In this document: piece by piece, positions 36,384 through 46,592 of the stretch | Layout of the letters: each line of letters begins with the position of its first letter | How positions within the stretch are numbered: position 1 is the stretch's first letter | Virus record (IMG/VR): IMGVR_UViG_3300021560_000021 | Coordinates: 1 to 54,837 of that record | Source of the DNA: a virus | Lineage: Duplodnaviria; Caudoviricetes | Length of the DNA stretch: 54,837 bases | Reading direction: 5' to 3' (one strand) | Translations under genes and position numbers: made by a program | The notes under the pieces: model-generated | Databases searched by the model: none | Told to the model about the DNA's origin: nothing | What the model saw: the letters and a program-made list of their open reading frames with translations, nothing else

Positions 36384-37202
36384 CTAGCTACCCGGCGTGG
36401 GTCCGCTTGTCGCCGATGCGACGGTGCCGGTTGTACCGTGACGATGCGTTGATGCGTGCGTACCCGCCGTGCCCCACTGTATCTCGCCCTTCACCACCAA
36501 ATTGCCGGTGATGTTGACCGTAGGCGTATCCAGAGTGACCGATCCAGTTGCATGTACTCGTGCTGTAGCAGACCCGTCCACTGTAACATCATTGGCGTTG
36601 GCGTCGGCGGTAACCGATATGCCGCCATTAACCGCCTTAATGACTTTGTTCTTTGCATCAGTCGTGATGCTAATGTCGGTTCCGTTGACCACGCGAGCGA
36701 CTTGGTTATCCGCATCAAGCTCCACGAAGATCGTGCCATCGGACGTGCGCAACTGCGCTGTCTTATCTGATACGTTGGGTATCTTAGTGGCCTGGGAGTA
36801 CGGACCAGGAATCGCGAAGCCGTCCGACAGATCATGCAACCTCATTTCAAATTGTGGTTGTACACCGCCGTTCTGCCACCAGTTGTCGATGCAACGGGAG
36901 GAAAACACGACAAGGCATTCGTCGCCTTCGGTGATCGGAAACGTCAAAGCGTATTTGCCGCCACGTGGAAACACGATAGGCACGTCATGCAGCAATGGCA
37001 ACTCCACGTCTGATCTCGAGCCGTCAGGCGCCAACACCTTGACCTGAATAGCCGGACGCACGGTCGCGGTGATCTCGCCATCCTGACCGAGCGACGTGGT
37101 ATTGATGATGCCCGGCATAGCCGTCCACATCTTCACCTGTTGCCCGGAGACGGCAGCCTTGATCGCCTCTGGCAGCCCGCCGATGCGCTCGCGATAATCC
37201 AT
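36384..37202 (-). CDS. Baseplate central spike protein
   Basis: LHDVPIVFPRGG...GDECLVVFSSRCID.WW..G...RLHDLSDGFAIPG; C-terminal THRH metal-binding tip. Confidence 0.9.
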   Translation of the reverse strand: MDYRERIGGLPEAIKAAVSGQQVKMWTAMPGIINTTSLGQDGEITATVRPAIQVKVLAPDGSRSDVELPLLHDVPIVFPRGGKYALTFPITEGDECLVVFSSRCIDNWWQNGGVQPQFEMRLHDLSDGFAIPGPYSQATKIPNVSDKTAQLRTSDGTIFVELDADNQVARVVNGTDISITTDAKNKVIKAVNGGISVTADANANDVTVDGSATARVHATGSVTLDTPTVNITGNLVVKGEIQWGTAGTHASTHRHGTTGTVASATSGPTPGS

Positions 37203-37544
37203 CTAAACCCACTTCCACACGAGCGTGCCACCGACGATGAAACGCAGATGCGAGGTTACGCCCAACGTATTGAAATTCGGCGGATCAGATGGTGCACCAT
37301 CGGTCATGATCCAAAGCTCGCCGCCAATGCCGAGATACGGGTACTGCGCCAGCAGATTGGCGCCCGTGACCAGCGGCAGCCCGGCGACCAGCGGCGTGCC
37401 GTATTGATCGTAAATCGTCGCAATCCATGAGCCGTAGGCGTCCCGCCATAGCAGTTTGAATTTGTAATCCACGCCAAGCAACGTCACCGAGAAGACTTGT
37501 GGCACACTCGGTTGCAGCGGAATGTCATAGGTCGTCGCGGCCAT
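37203..37544 (-). CDS. Small baseplate protein (plug-like)
   Basis: IPL...Q.F.VTL.G..Y...GLPLVTGANLLAQY.YLG; position between hub-region genes and the spike. Confidence 0.75.
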   Translation of the reverse strand: MAATTYDIPLQPSVPQVFSVTLLGVDYKFKLLWRDAYGSWIATIYDQYGTPLVAGLPLVTGANLLAQYPYLGIGGELWIMTDGAPSDPPNFNTLGVTSHLRFIVGGTLVWKWV

Positions 37545-38324
37545 TTACGCCCATCCCGGCGGAAGATCGCTCTGCACTGGCGGCTGCAATGGCGACGCCT
37601 GTACCACCTGTGCCTGTTCTGAAAGGCCAGCAAGGTCTGTACTGCCGCCGACCGGTGTTGAACTGATACCCTGCGGCTGCACAACCGAAGGCGCCACCTT
37701 GCCGACATTGGTTGCCGGCTGCGTCTGTCCCGGCTGTGCCTGTGTACCTGAACCAGTACGAATGACCTGTGTCGTCACAATGAAGACTTGGCGACAGACG
37801 ATATCAACGATCAAACAGTACTCGGTCCATGCATCCGTCGTCTCGCTGATCGACTCGATGACCATGTTATCGTACGAGCGTTTGCCGGTAGTCAGCACCA
37901 CCGGTAAACGCTTGCTTTGGATGGTGCGCAGGTTGTTGTACACCGATTTGGCGTACCACTCGCCGCGCATGCTTTCGGTCCAACCCCAACGCAGATTGAC
38001 CGTAGGAGGATCAAGATAGGCGTGGTCGCTGATAAGCGAGCCGCTTTCCACCGGATGCCGCGTTACGATCAGCCGGTCGCTGTGCGATTCGGTGATCGCA
38101 CAGTCCGGCACGAGTGCCATCAACCGCCGCGCACTGAGGCCGAACGCCTGCGTTGCGGGATTGAAGCCGAAGCTGGCAAACGAAGTGAAGCTTGCGCCGA
38201 AGCCACCGCCGGGTATGGCAAGCGGTGACGGTACGCCGACCAGTCCGGTGATCGCGTTGACACCGGCAACAACGGTTGCTGCCTGTCCGGCCGCACCAGC
38301 AAGTCCGGCAAGTGCTCCGCTCAT
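37545..38324 (-). CDS. Baseplate/tail-tube initiator (Dit-like) protein
   Basis: ESHSD...VTRHPVESG..ISDHA...TGKRSYDNMVIESI. Confidence 0.8.
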   Translation of the reverse strand: MSGALAGLAGAAGQAATVVAGVNAITGLVGVPSPLAIPGGGFGASFTSFASFGFNPATQAFGLSARRLMALVPDCAITESHSDRLIVTRHPVESGSLISDHAYLDPPTVNLRWGWTESMRGEWYAKSVYNNLRTIQSKRLPVVLTTGKRSYDNMVIESISETTDAWTEYCLIVDIVCRQVFIVTTQVIRTGSGTQAQPGQTQPATNVGKVAPSVVQPQGISSTPVGGSTDLAGLSEQAQVVQASPLQPPVQSDLPPGWA

Positions 38325-39481
38325 CTCAACAAACTCACCAGCGATTGATCAGAGACGCCAAGCGTGCGACCGGGATTGGTCGGATCGACCGAAATGCACT
38401 CGGCTGTTGTGTACCACTCATTGCCGCGCGTATCGCCGCTATGGTTGACCATGATGACTTTGTACCTGCCGTCAGCATCCAGATTGTTGGCCAGCACGCG
38501 GTTGGTTGTGCCCTGACTCAAATCAGCAGTGTACTGAAACTGCGCACGCTGCACAGAATTGCTGTTGATATTGACGGTGGAAGCGCGACCGATCGCAGGA
38601 TTGAGCAATGTGGTAACGCTCACACCGTACGCTGTCTGATGCGGCATGCCGATCATGCCCGAGTCCTTGTTGATGTCTATGATGTCATCCGGCTTGTACG
38701 CAGTGACTTCAAGAAATTCGACATTGCCCTTGTTGATGTACCAGTTGCAGCGGTAGGTGGACGCCACGTCATCCAGTACGTCGCGGCCCATGTTGAAGAT
38801 AGACTTGCCACGCGGTGCCGGCTTGGGTGGCGTATTGGTATCGGTCGGAAAGTTGCCGACGCTGCAACCGTACTTATTGAACACCTGCATGGTCTGATCC
38901 AAAATGTCCTGCGGCAGGTATCCCTTGCTCAGTGACGTATTGATCAAACCCCACTTGTGCGCCGAGTCGCCATCCGCCGCGTTGAGAAGGGTAATGCGAT
39001 CTGTGGCACTCTCCCGCCCGTGGCGCACCTGTACAAGCTGGCCTTGAAAGATGATACCCTGATTGCCGGGATAGCCTGCAACCAAGGTGACCTGCGCTGG
39101 CGCACTTTGATTCCTCTTTGGGTCCTTCCAATTATCACCACTGAACACGCCTTGCTGCGAGCCGGCAGGCACCGAAGTACTGGATGGCTTACTGCCGGGA
39201 CCGCCAGCGATCACATCACCCGGCGGCACAATCGGCATGGTCAGCAAGAGTTTGCGTGTGCGATCGGACAAATTGTACACGGTGATTTCCGCCGTGTCTG
39301 GCTGCACAACGGTCAAACGCGACGTGACGCGAAAGACGATGCGCATCTGCGACAGGTCGATCAGCACCGAGCTATTCTGATCCTCAATCGTCAGGCTGCA
39401 TACGCGCAACCATTGCTGTACACCGGGCGCGCCCTTGCCGGTTACCGGATCAATTACCGCCTGTCCTGTTGCATCGCTCAT
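38321..39481 (-). CDS. Baseplate hub protein
   Basis: PDTAEITVYNLS, LVAGYPG..GIIFQG, SGMIGMP, GDTRGNEW. Confidence 0.85.
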   Translation of the reverse strand: MSDATGQAVIDPVTGKGAPGVQQWLRVCSLTIEDQNSSVLIDLSQMRIVFRVTSRLTVVQPDTAEITVYNLSDRTRKLLLTMPIVPPGDVIAGGPGSKPSSTSVPAGSQQGVFSGDNWKDPKRNQSAPAQVTLVAGYPGNQGIIFQGQLVQVRHGRESATDRITLLNAADGDSAHKWGLINTSLSKGYLPQDILDQTMQVFNKYGCSVGNFPTDTNTPPKPAPRGKSIFNMGRDVLDDVASTYRCNWYINKGNVEFLEVTAYKPDDIIDINKDSGMIGMPHQTAYGVSVTTLLNPAIGRASTVNINSNSVQRAQFQYTADLSQGTTNRVLANNLDADGRYKVIMVNHSGDTRGNEWYTTAECISVDPTNPGRTLGVSDQSLVSLLR

Positions 39482-41865
39482 GCGAACACCGGTTGCAATC
39501 TGCGTATCACGTCAGAGTTGGCGTCGCGCATCGCGCGTCCGACATGATCTGCCGCAGCATGTGGATCGGAAACGCCCGTGATGGTGATATTCGGCGACGA
39601 ATTAAGCGAAACCTGTGTGTTCTGTTGTGGCATCTGGCTTGGCGAAACCGACGACGAATTGAAGTTCGGACGGCCGACATTCCAACCTTTGCGCATTATG
39701 TCGTACAGCTTCGCCTTGAAGTCCGGGCTTTGCGCATCCTGCGGCGTCAGCGTCGCAGGATCAGCCGGTTGCTGACTGGCACTTGTCGGTACCGGAGACG
39801 TGGTTGGCATCGTCTTAGGCGCCAACGCCGCAGGATCATTCGGTTGCTGGCCGGGATTATCGCCGAGATTACCGACCCTATCCTTGAACCAACCAACGAC
39901 GCCGGTACTGCTCTGGCCGGGATGCCGGGCACGTGCCGCCGCCAGCCGCTTTGCCCACATTTCTGGCGTGGTGTTCATCTGCGAGCCGCCCGGCAGTGAC
40001 GGCCAGATTTTGTTTAGCGCAATGGCGATATCCAGATCACGGTCACCCTTCTGCAAATCGCCAAGCAGGCTACGCCCGGTCAATGCCTTGTACCGATCCT
40101 GTGCAAGAAACCAAGCAGCGCGGTCCTGTTGCTTCGGATCGTTGATGTCGGTTAGCTCGCCGCCGCTTTCCTTGACCAAATCCGACCATGTACCACTGAT
40201 GATCTGGTATTTGCCGAATGCGCTACTGCCTTGCTGATTGCGCTGATGGTACGGATCAGGTCCCGACGATTCGCCGCCTGATAACGCTTCAAGGAATGAC
40301 GCCGCTTCTGGCGCCATAGTCTGATCAGCCGTGGGGAACGGTACAACATCATCGCCCGGACCAAGCGGACCGATCTTGCGGCCCTGCCGACGCTGCATCT
40401 CAGTGAAGTTAATCCGCTCACCAGTTTGCGGATTATAGAACATCGGGTCTCGATCACTGCCCTGCTTCTGCCAGCCTTCGGATTCTGCCTGCTTGTACAC
40501 GTCCTGCTGCGCAGCGGCATTGGTTTCGTACGTAATTCCCATGGTGGCAAGCGCAGCAAATGGAATCACGCCAAGATACGCCAGCGCCAGAAGCGGCGTC
40601 TTCAAAATGCCCATGATGCCCGGTAGGAAAGATATGGTCAGATAGGCGAGCAACCCTTCAAACGCCGGGATGAACGCCTTATCAATGCCGAGCTTTTCCG
40701 CCATCGGCGTGATCAGGTTGTTGAACTTTTCGATCGCCTCGGTCGCATTCTTGATCGGACCTTCCCACTTGCCCCAATCAATCAGCGAGCCTTTGCCTTC
40801 GGTTTCCTTCCACTGATCGTAGTCATTCTTTAATGCAGCCAACGCGATGCCAAGGAACAGCAAACCGGCGATGCGACCACCGCCGGGAATACCGGCCAGG
40901 TTCAGCACCTTGCCGAGCGCAGCCGAGCCACCGGCTGCGGCTGCGGCAATGCCGCCAACAGCTACACCGCCAGCAACTTGATCCTGCTGCTCATTGCTCA
41001 AACCCTTCCACCACGTCTCCACCTTGGAGAACAGCGCGTCAAACCGCTTGCCGGTGTCGTCAAGATATTTGCCGATCGCTTCCGAGTGGCGGCCCATGAA
41101 TTTCTCAAAGTCGCCTAGCGCGCGTTGTACCGGCCCGATGAAATCGTTGGTCGCACGATCCTTTAGCAGAGTGAATGTGTCGGTGATCTTGAACCAACTT
41201 GCACGGAACGCCTCGCCCTTCTTGCCAAGCTCGTCAAGCTGATCCATCCACTGCTTTGTCTGCGCCTGACCAGTTTCAAAGCCCGGAGCGAACTGCTGGG
41301 CTAAGCCACGCCGGATCAGATTTGGATCGAGGCCCAATATCCCCTGTATCTGATTGACTAGCTGGGTTGTTGTACCTTCCTTATCCGCGCTCGCTGCAAT
41401 CTGCCGCCGTGCTTCGGCAAACACCTGTACAATCTGCTGCGTCGGATCATCCGAGGTTACACCCTGAAACGCGCCTTTGATGACTTCGCTCAGATGCGGA
41501 ACTTTAAGCGCCTGTTGCGCATATTCTTCAAGCGCCGTGGTCGCGTCGCCGATGCTGCCACCGGCCGAATAGAACGCATAGCCGAGTGCATGGATATTCT
41601 CAATGCTCGTATTTACACGCTGTGCTTCAAGGTTCATATTGCCCATGCCGATGGCAATATGACCGAGGCCGGTCGCGATCGACACAGCGGCGGTCGCGGC
41701 TGCTGTACCAAGTTCAAAGAAGCGCGAGACCGTGCTGCGCAGCGTTTTGTCCAACCCCTCCATGAAAAGGTTGATCGACTTCATGCCGTCGGTAAAGCGG
41801 TTCTGCTGGGTCTGATCAACATCAAACCCAAGCTTCACCACAAACTCTTGCAGGACATCGGCCAT
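39478..41865 (-). CDS. Tape measure protein with lambda-lysozyme-like domain
   Basis: EFVVKLGFDVD start; long helical region; GGES...SAFGKYQ...TW...QDRAA...WPSLP. Confidence 0.88.
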   Translation of the reverse strand: MADVLQEFVVKLGFDVDQTQQNRFTDGMKSINLFMEGLDKTLRSTVSRFFELGTAAATAAVSIATGLGHIAIGMGNMNLEAQRVNTSIENIHALGYAFYSAGGSIGDATTALEEYAQQALKVPHLSEVIKGAFQGVTSDDPTQQIVQVFAEARRQIAASADKEGTTTQLVNQIQGILGLDPNLIRRGLAQQFAPGFETGQAQTKQWMDQLDELGKKGEAFRASWFKITDTFTLLKDRATNDFIGPVQRALGDFEKFMGRHSEAIGKYLDDTGKRFDALFSKVETWWKGLSNEQQDQVAGGVAVGGIAAAAAGGSAALGKVLNLAGIPGGGRIAGLLFLGIALAALKNDYDQWKETEGKGSLIDWGKWEGPIKNATEAIEKFNNLITPMAEKLGIDKAFIPAFEGLLAYLTISFLPGIMGILKTPLLALAYLGVIPFAALATMGITYETNAAAQQDVYKQAESEGWQKQGSDRDPMFYNPQTGERINFTEMQRRQGRKIGPLGPGDDVVPFPTADQTMAPEAASFLEALSGGESSGPDPYHQRNQQGSSAFGKYQIISGTWSDLVKESGGELTDINDPKQQDRAAWFLAQDRYKALTGRSLLGDLQKGDRDLDIAIALNKIWPSLPGGSQMNTTPEMWAKRLAAARARHPGQSSTGVVGWFKDRVGNLGDNPGQQPNDPAALAPKTMPTTSPVPTSASQQPADPATLTPQDAQSPDFKAKLYDIMRKGWNVGRPNFNSSSVSPSQMPQQNTQVSLNSSPNITITGVSDPHAAADHVGRAMRDANSDVIRRLQPVFA

Positions 41866-41868
41866 CAA

Positions 41869-42033
41869 TTACTCCATGGCGTCACGCAGCCGCCATTCGT
41901 TTTCATCCTGCACATCGAGGTACTCATTCATCCGTGCAAGATCAACCAAATCCAATGTACCGTCTAACAACGACTCGTACTTACACATGCCCCTCCCCAC
42001 GGGACGCAGTACCCAATCCACGTCTTCGGCCAT
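41869..42033 (-). CDS. Tail assembly chaperone, second segment (probable frameshift extension)
   Basis: Translated by hand: MAEDVDWVLRPV...YESLLDGTLDLVDLARMNEYLD; its frame stays open upstream into the preceding gene. Confidence 0.75.
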   Translation of the reverse strand: MAEDVDWVLRPVGRGMCKYESLLDGTLDLVDLARMNEYLDVQDENEWRLRDAME

Positions 42034-42035
42034 GT

Positions 42036-42425
42036 TCAGGAATTCAACTGGCCGTTTGGTCGGGAGCTTTCTTGGTTGGAGATCGAGGGAAGGGCGGGCA
42101 TAAAAGGCCCGAGATTTTCCTGCAACGTGGTCGTGGTGAGATTGATCATCTGCCCCATGTCGATATCGTCAAACTGCAATTGATTGATGCGAGCATTCCA
42201 GATCGAAGTCCATGAGCCGTGTTGCTCGCGCAGGCACAGCGACAGGCACTTGCCGATCACAAATGTACAGTCTTCATCCGATACGGTGGCCAGCGCGGCG
42301 ACCACGCCTTGCAGACTACCAGCACCGGACAGCACCGGAAGCAGCCGCTTTGTGACGAAGAATTGGTCCATCACGGACAGCTTGCCGGTCCTGTACAAGT
42401 TTCCATTGATTGTTATTTCAGCCAT
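42036..42425 (-). CDS. Tail assembly chaperone
   Basis: Between tube and tape measure; YRTGKLSVMDQFFVTKRLLPV. Confidence 0.8.
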   Translation of the reverse strand: MAEITINGNLYRTGKLSVMDQFFVTKRLLPVLSGAGSLQGVVAALATVSDEDCTFVIGKCLSLCLREQHGSWTSIWNARINQLQFDDIDMGQMINLTTTTLQENLGPFMPALPSISNQESSRPNGQLNS

Positions 42426-42433
42426 GGATCACC

Positions 42434-42877
42434 TTACGAGATCACCCCAAGGATGCGGTCGATGTACCCAACGTTGAAACCCCACTCCATGATGTTGCCG
42501 TCCTTGGCGTAGGTGTTGGGCGCCTGCCGGCGGAACGCAGCGGCGCGACCGGATGTCACGTCGCCCAGCGCGGTATTGGACACAACGATCACGTTGATGC
42601 CCCACAACGCCGACGACGTGGTTTGCAGGTCGTACATCTGCTGCAATCGCGCGTTGGTTGGCGATGTCTTCAACAAACGCACGGTCATCGTACCCATCTT
42701 GCCAGCGTGCAAGGAGTGCATCACGGTACCATCGGCGCCGCCCTGCATGCGGTCCTTGTCTTCCTCCATGTCGATCGTAATACCTTCATCGGCATTGCCG
42801 GCACCCGCGCCAAGCGAGATCACACCGCCCGGCCCGGAAAGCGTCGCCTGTACGTCAACAAACGAGTACGCGGTCAT
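42434..42877 (-). CDS. Tail tube protein (DUF3277-like)
   Basis: YSFVDV.ATL.GPGG...GADG..MHS...LLKTSPTN; follows the sheath gene. Confidence 0.88.
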   Translation of the reverse strand: MTAYSFVDVQATLSGPGGVISLGAGAGNADEGITIDMEEDKDRMQGGADGTVMHSLHAGKMGTMTVRLLKTSPTNARLQQMYDLQTTSSALWGINVIVVSNTALGDVTSGRAAAFRRQAPNTYAKDGNIMEWGFNVGYIDRILGVIS

Positions 42878-42894
42878 GTACCAGTCTCCTATTC

Positions 42895-42917
42895 AAAACG
42901 GCCACGGTAGCCGTTTT
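42895..42917. terminator. Stem-loop between sheath and tube genes
   Basis: AAAACGGC/GCCGTTTT inverted repeat with 7-nt loop. Confidence 0.45.
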
Positions 42918-44419
42918 CAGCGATTGATGTTGATATGCACGTCGGCTTCGTGGAACGCACCCGCCAGCTTGGCAGCGATCTGCATCGGCGGCGCCTTGCG
43001 GTCTGCACGATCAGATTGGTTCTGTGTGGCGAGCGGTGGCATGTACACGTAATAGCCTTTGGTCAGTGCCATGCCGGTGTGCAACTGGCCAAACTCCAAC
43101 GAGCTTGTCCAAATACCCGGTGCGACGAAGCCGTTGGTGACCGAACGATCCATTGAACCTTCCGCCACCGTGGCAAGCTGGTGCGCACCAGCATCGGTCT
43201 GCGGTACCTTGGTCGGCGTAGTGTAGAAGAAATTGTACACGTCGGTCTGCACCTGATTGCTCAGCCAATCAGCACCGTGACGTTCATCGAAGTAGTAACC
43301 GTTCGCCATGGTCGCCCACTGGATGATCGCGGTGTTGTTCTGGTACTGGACGAAAACGTTGATGTTTTTCGCCTTCAAGGCGGCGGCCTGCGTCTCGGTC
43401 AGTTGCTCAGCAGTAACGCCCGGCTCTTGCTTGAACATCAGCGTGATCATGCTGTTGTTGGCGTTGAAGTCGGTCGTGAAGGCACGGCCGTACATCGAGG
43501 CGACGGCATGCAGTGAGGACGTGCTGAACTGTACGAAGCTCCGGCTGTAGTTGGCCTTCTGCAATGCCGAGCCGATATCCGTCGAATTCGCCGGATCAAG
43601 TGCCGCTGACTCCTGCGTCGTGATACCGAAGATGCGCACCGGCTTGGCGCCTTCGATATAGGCCGCGACCGATACGTACTGCTGGTCGCTGATCTGATTG
43701 GCAGTGGTCGGCGCAAACATGATACCGTACACGTCCGCCGACAGCGGATTGAGCGCAGTGACCGCATCCAATGGCTGTTCCGGTGCGATACCGTGCACCG
43801 TGCGCGCACCCGTGGCCTGTGTCAGATGCAGATCGGTGGCCAGCGGTGCGCCAGTACCCGGATCGGTCGCATACGACACCGTGGATGTACCGCCGGTCGA
43901 ATGCGAGTCGATTTCAAAGCTGCCGGTGGAAGCATTCCATACGCACGTACCGGAGCTTCCCAAGGCAGTTGTTATGATGGATGCAGCACCATTCAAATTC
44001 GTGATGTTGCTGAAGTTCATGTTGGCCAGCGTGTGCGGCGTACCGTCGATCGACACGGTGAAACCGCCGGTCGTGATCCCGGTGAGCGTCGTCAGCAGCG
44101 TAGTCTGATCAGCCGGCGTTATCATGCCGCCGACGAGCGCGCCGTTGTCACCGTTGGCCGCCCACTGCGCGATGTAGCAGATGGACGGCTGCGGTGACTG
44201 CGAGAAAAACAGATCAGCCGCCAGATACTCCGGTGCCGTAGTACCAAAGTCCTGCGCCACCTGATCGAGCGTGCTGTACTGGCGGATGCGCGAGCCAACG
44301 TCAATGACACCGGATGATCCGATGATGCATAGTGCGCCGAAGTTGCGCGTCGGCGCTGCGATCGGCTCTAACGTGACATCCACGCTTACAACGTCGTCAA
44401 CCGACAAGCCGATAGGCAT
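42917..44419 (-). CDS. Tail sheath protein (DUF3383)
   Basis: DFGTTAPEYLAA..FFSQSPQP, TLMFKQEPG, KVPQTDAG, KLAGAFH. Confidence 0.92.
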   Translation of the reverse strand: MPIGLSVDDVVSVDVTLEPIAAPTRNFGALCIIGSSGVIDVGSRIRQYSTLDQVAQDFGTTAPEYLAADLFFSQSPQPSICYIAQWAANGDNGALVGGMITPADQTTLLTTLTGITTGGFTVSIDGTPHTLANMNFSNITNLNGAASIITTALGSSGTCVWNASTGSFEIDSHSTGGTSTVSYATDPGTGAPLATDLHLTQATGARTVHGIAPEQPLDAVTALNPLSADVYGIMFAPTTANQISDQQYVSVAAYIEGAKPVRIFGITTQESAALDPANSTDIGSALQKANYSRSFVQFSTSSLHAVASMYGRAFTTDFNANNSMITLMFKQEPGVTAEQLTETQAAALKAKNINVFVQYQNNTAIIQWATMANGYYFDERHGADWLSNQVQTDVYNFFYTTPTKVPQTDAGAHQLATVAEGSMDRSVTNGFVAPGIWTSSLEFGQLHTGMALTKGYYVYMPPLATQNQSDRADRKAPPMQIAAKLAGAFHEADVHININR

Positions 44420-44422
44420 TTG

Positions 44423-45022
44423 TCAACCTCCTGGTGATGGGTTCGGGTCTGTTGCCAACCACTGACCCGAAACCCCCGTGTCAGCGGTAATCGTACCGTC
44501 AGCCGATACGATGTCTTTGATCGCGTAGGTACGCGTCTGTTCGGTTGCGAGGCGGATGCGCATATCTGCGCGGTTGATGTACTGCACGTTGATTAAGTCC
44601 GGTACCATGGTCACCGAGCCGGCTTCGATCAAACGGATGCCAAGCAGATTCAATTGCTCGAAGTTCTGCGCGATGTAGCAGGCATCACGCAAATCTTCGG
44701 CGTTGTCCTCTGCATTCGGACCGTACACGCTGACCATGAGGGACAGGATAGGCCAGCGGTACAACGTGCTCGAACCACCGTTGGCATGTGAGATGTACGG
44801 AAAGCCCGTCGTCTCCCGTTCAATGATGCCAAACGCCGCCCAATCAGTCCCGGCCGGCGGTTGGTTCGGCGGTTCCGGTTGCCACCGTGGTCTGATCAGG
44901 TCCGGCGGAATTCCCGTCACACCCTGTATCAGGCTTTGTACCGCGTCTTCCAACTGCGCTTGCGTGACCGGCGCATTGGTCCTTTGCAGGTAACCACCGG
45001 TCGCGGAAGTATTGCCAGACAT
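44423..45022 (-). CDS. Tail terminator / neck protein
   Basis: NTSATGGYL...IRPRWQPEPP...W.AFG; directly upstream of the sheath. Confidence 0.75.
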   Translation of the reverse strand: MSGNTSATGGYLQRTNAPVTQAQLEDAVQSLIQGVTGIPPDLIRPRWQPEPPNQPPAGTDWAAFGIIERETTGFPYISHANGGSSTLYRWPILSLMVSVYGPNAEDNAEDLRDACYIAQNFEQLNLLGIRLIEAGSVTMVPDLINVQYINRADMRIRLATEQTRTYAIKDIVSADGTITADTGVSGQWLATDPNPSPGG

Positions 45023-45432
45023 CAATCATGATCCACAACGGTTGGGTTAGGCGAAGCTGCAAGCAGATCGCGCAGTTGACAGACAGCATGTACAAAGCCA
45101 GCGCCAAAATCCCCGTACCACTGCACATTGGCGACCAGATACGTGTTGCCAGCATATTCGATGGTATCGCCGTACGTTGTGTTGGATGGACCTTCGAGGC
45201 GGTACTTCGTGTAAATCTCGATCGCACCGTTGACGTTGATCTGGTCCTGCATGAGGTTCATCGTGCGTGCAGAGATCGGATAAATCGCACCGATGACCTG
45301 CTGCATATTGGTCTGACCGGGCTGCGCGCGGCCGTGCTGATCAACCACCTGTTGCTTGCGGATGACAGTGAACGGCTTCTTCGTGATGAAGTCCGGGTCA
45401 GTCATCAGTTCCGATACGTCCAACTCAGCCAT
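45022..45432 (-). CDS. Head closure/head-tail adaptor protein
   Basis: LDVSELMTDPDF...YG.GF; position in neck module. Confidence 0.75.
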   Translation of the reverse strand: MAELDVSELMTDPDFITKKPFTVIRKQQVVDQHGRAQPGQTNMQQVIGAIYPISARTMNLMQDQINVNGAIEIYTKYRLEGPSNTTYGDTIEYAGNTYLVANVQWYGDFGAGFVHAVCQLRDLLAASPNPTVVDHD

Positions 45433-45658
45433 GCGTATTCCCCATTATGTACACAATCACGGCGAGGATCAGGAAAAGCACCGTCATGAATGTCTCGTGT
45501 TCAAACGAGAAGCCGACCGCTGACAGCAAAAACAGGAATGCGAGGAAGTAGAACAGCGTACCCGTGGTCGGTGGCTCTATGTTTTGCGAATGACGTACTT
45601 GACCGCGTTGAGCATCTGTGTCGTGTCGATCAGCGGCTTCATGTTCTGCGCGCCCCAT
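45425..45658 (-). CDS. Possible small two-TM membrane protein (holin candidate); start uncertain
   Basis: LFYFLAFLFLLSAVGF and FMTVLFLILAVIVYIM fill the 45433-45576 gap; the only upstream ATG overlaps the previous gene by ~80 bp. Confidence 0.45.
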   Translation of the reverse strand: MGRAEHEAADRHDTDAQRGQVRHSQNIEPPTTGTLFYFLAFLFLLSAVGFSFEHETFMTVLFLILAVIVYIMGNTHG

Positions 45659-46137
45659 TGCAGAAGGTTGACTCCCTTCTTGCGCATGTTGCGCAGACGA
45701 CGTTGGCCGCGCTGCGTCTTCCGCAGTCGGGCAATGATCGTTGACATCGCGAGTGGTGCAAATGGTCCGGTCCTCAATTTGATCTTGACCGCGCGTACCG
45801 CGGCGCCGCCAGCTACGTTCAACTGTCCCATCATGCCGACGACATTGCCTTTGATCGCCATCATCGCAGCGTTGCGCAGCCGGGCTTGCGTCTGTTGGTT
45901 GATGCTGGCAACGCCCGGTTTAAGAAATGGCCGCGCCGGCAGATTATGCTCGGGTGAACCGTGCTCATGGATGTAGGCGAGATAGGCGTTGGTCGGCGCC
46001 CCGGTTTCTGTACGCGTCACACCTTGCTCGGCCGGAAAGCCCACCATGACCGACGTGTGGGACAACAGATTGATCGCGGCCGCGATCTTCAATCGGTTGT
46101 CCACCGTCATCTTAATCTGCGATGGCGTTACCGCCAT
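45577..46137 (-). CDS. Neck/tail-completion protein
   Basis: TNAYLAYIHEHGSP..NLPARPFL...KPLIDT.QMLNAV. Confidence 0.8.
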   Translation of the reverse strand: MAVTPSQIKMTVDNRLKIAAAINLLSHTSVMVGFPAEQGVTRTETGAPTNAYLAYIHEHGSPEHNLPARPFLKPGVASINQQTQARLRNAAMMAIKGNVVGMMGQLNVAGGAAVRAVKIKLRTGPFAPLAMSTIIARLRKTQRGQRRLRNMRKKGVNLLQWGAQNMKPLIDTTQMLNAVKYVIRKT

Positions 46138-46138
46138 T

Positions 46139-46591
46139 TTAGTACGTAACCACGCCCGGCCATGGCGGACCAAAGGTCGGACCAAGCGCGATATCGGGAC
46201 CACCGGATTGGAAGCCACCGGCACCGATCAGATTGGCCTGATGCAGCCACATGCGGCCGTACGTGGTCATATTCCACATACCGCCTTTGTCTTCTGCACC
46301 GCTGTTGGTATCGTAACTGATCGAGCCGCCGCCCAATGATTTGGATGTCACGACGCCGACGCGTGTACCAGGCACACCGCCGCCTTCCGCTGTACGATTG
46401 GCCAGATCATTGAGCGCGAGGAAATGCGCGACGTACAAGCCCTGATAGTAATCGCGGAATTCACCCCATAGCGCAACCGGCATGGAGGTATCCGACATTT
46501 GCAGAAACACTTCGATCTCCGCATCGGTGTACTGCTGCGGATCACCGAACGCGCGGAAGACTTGGCGGAAGTACGTCAGGGTGATCCCCAT
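46139..46591 (-). CDS. DUF4054 head-tail connector protein
   Basis: FR..F..F.D...Y, LYVAHFL, SKS.G..SISYD, WNMTTYG. Confidence 0.85.
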   Translation of the reverse strand: MGITLTYFRQVFRAFGDPQQYTDAEIEVFLQMSDTSMPVALWGEFRDYYQGLYVAHFLALNDLANRTAEGGGVPGTRVGVVTSKSLGGGSISYDTNSGAEDKGGMWNMTTYGRMWLHQANLIGAGGFQSGGPDIALGPTFGPPWPGVVTY

Positions 46592-46592
46592 G

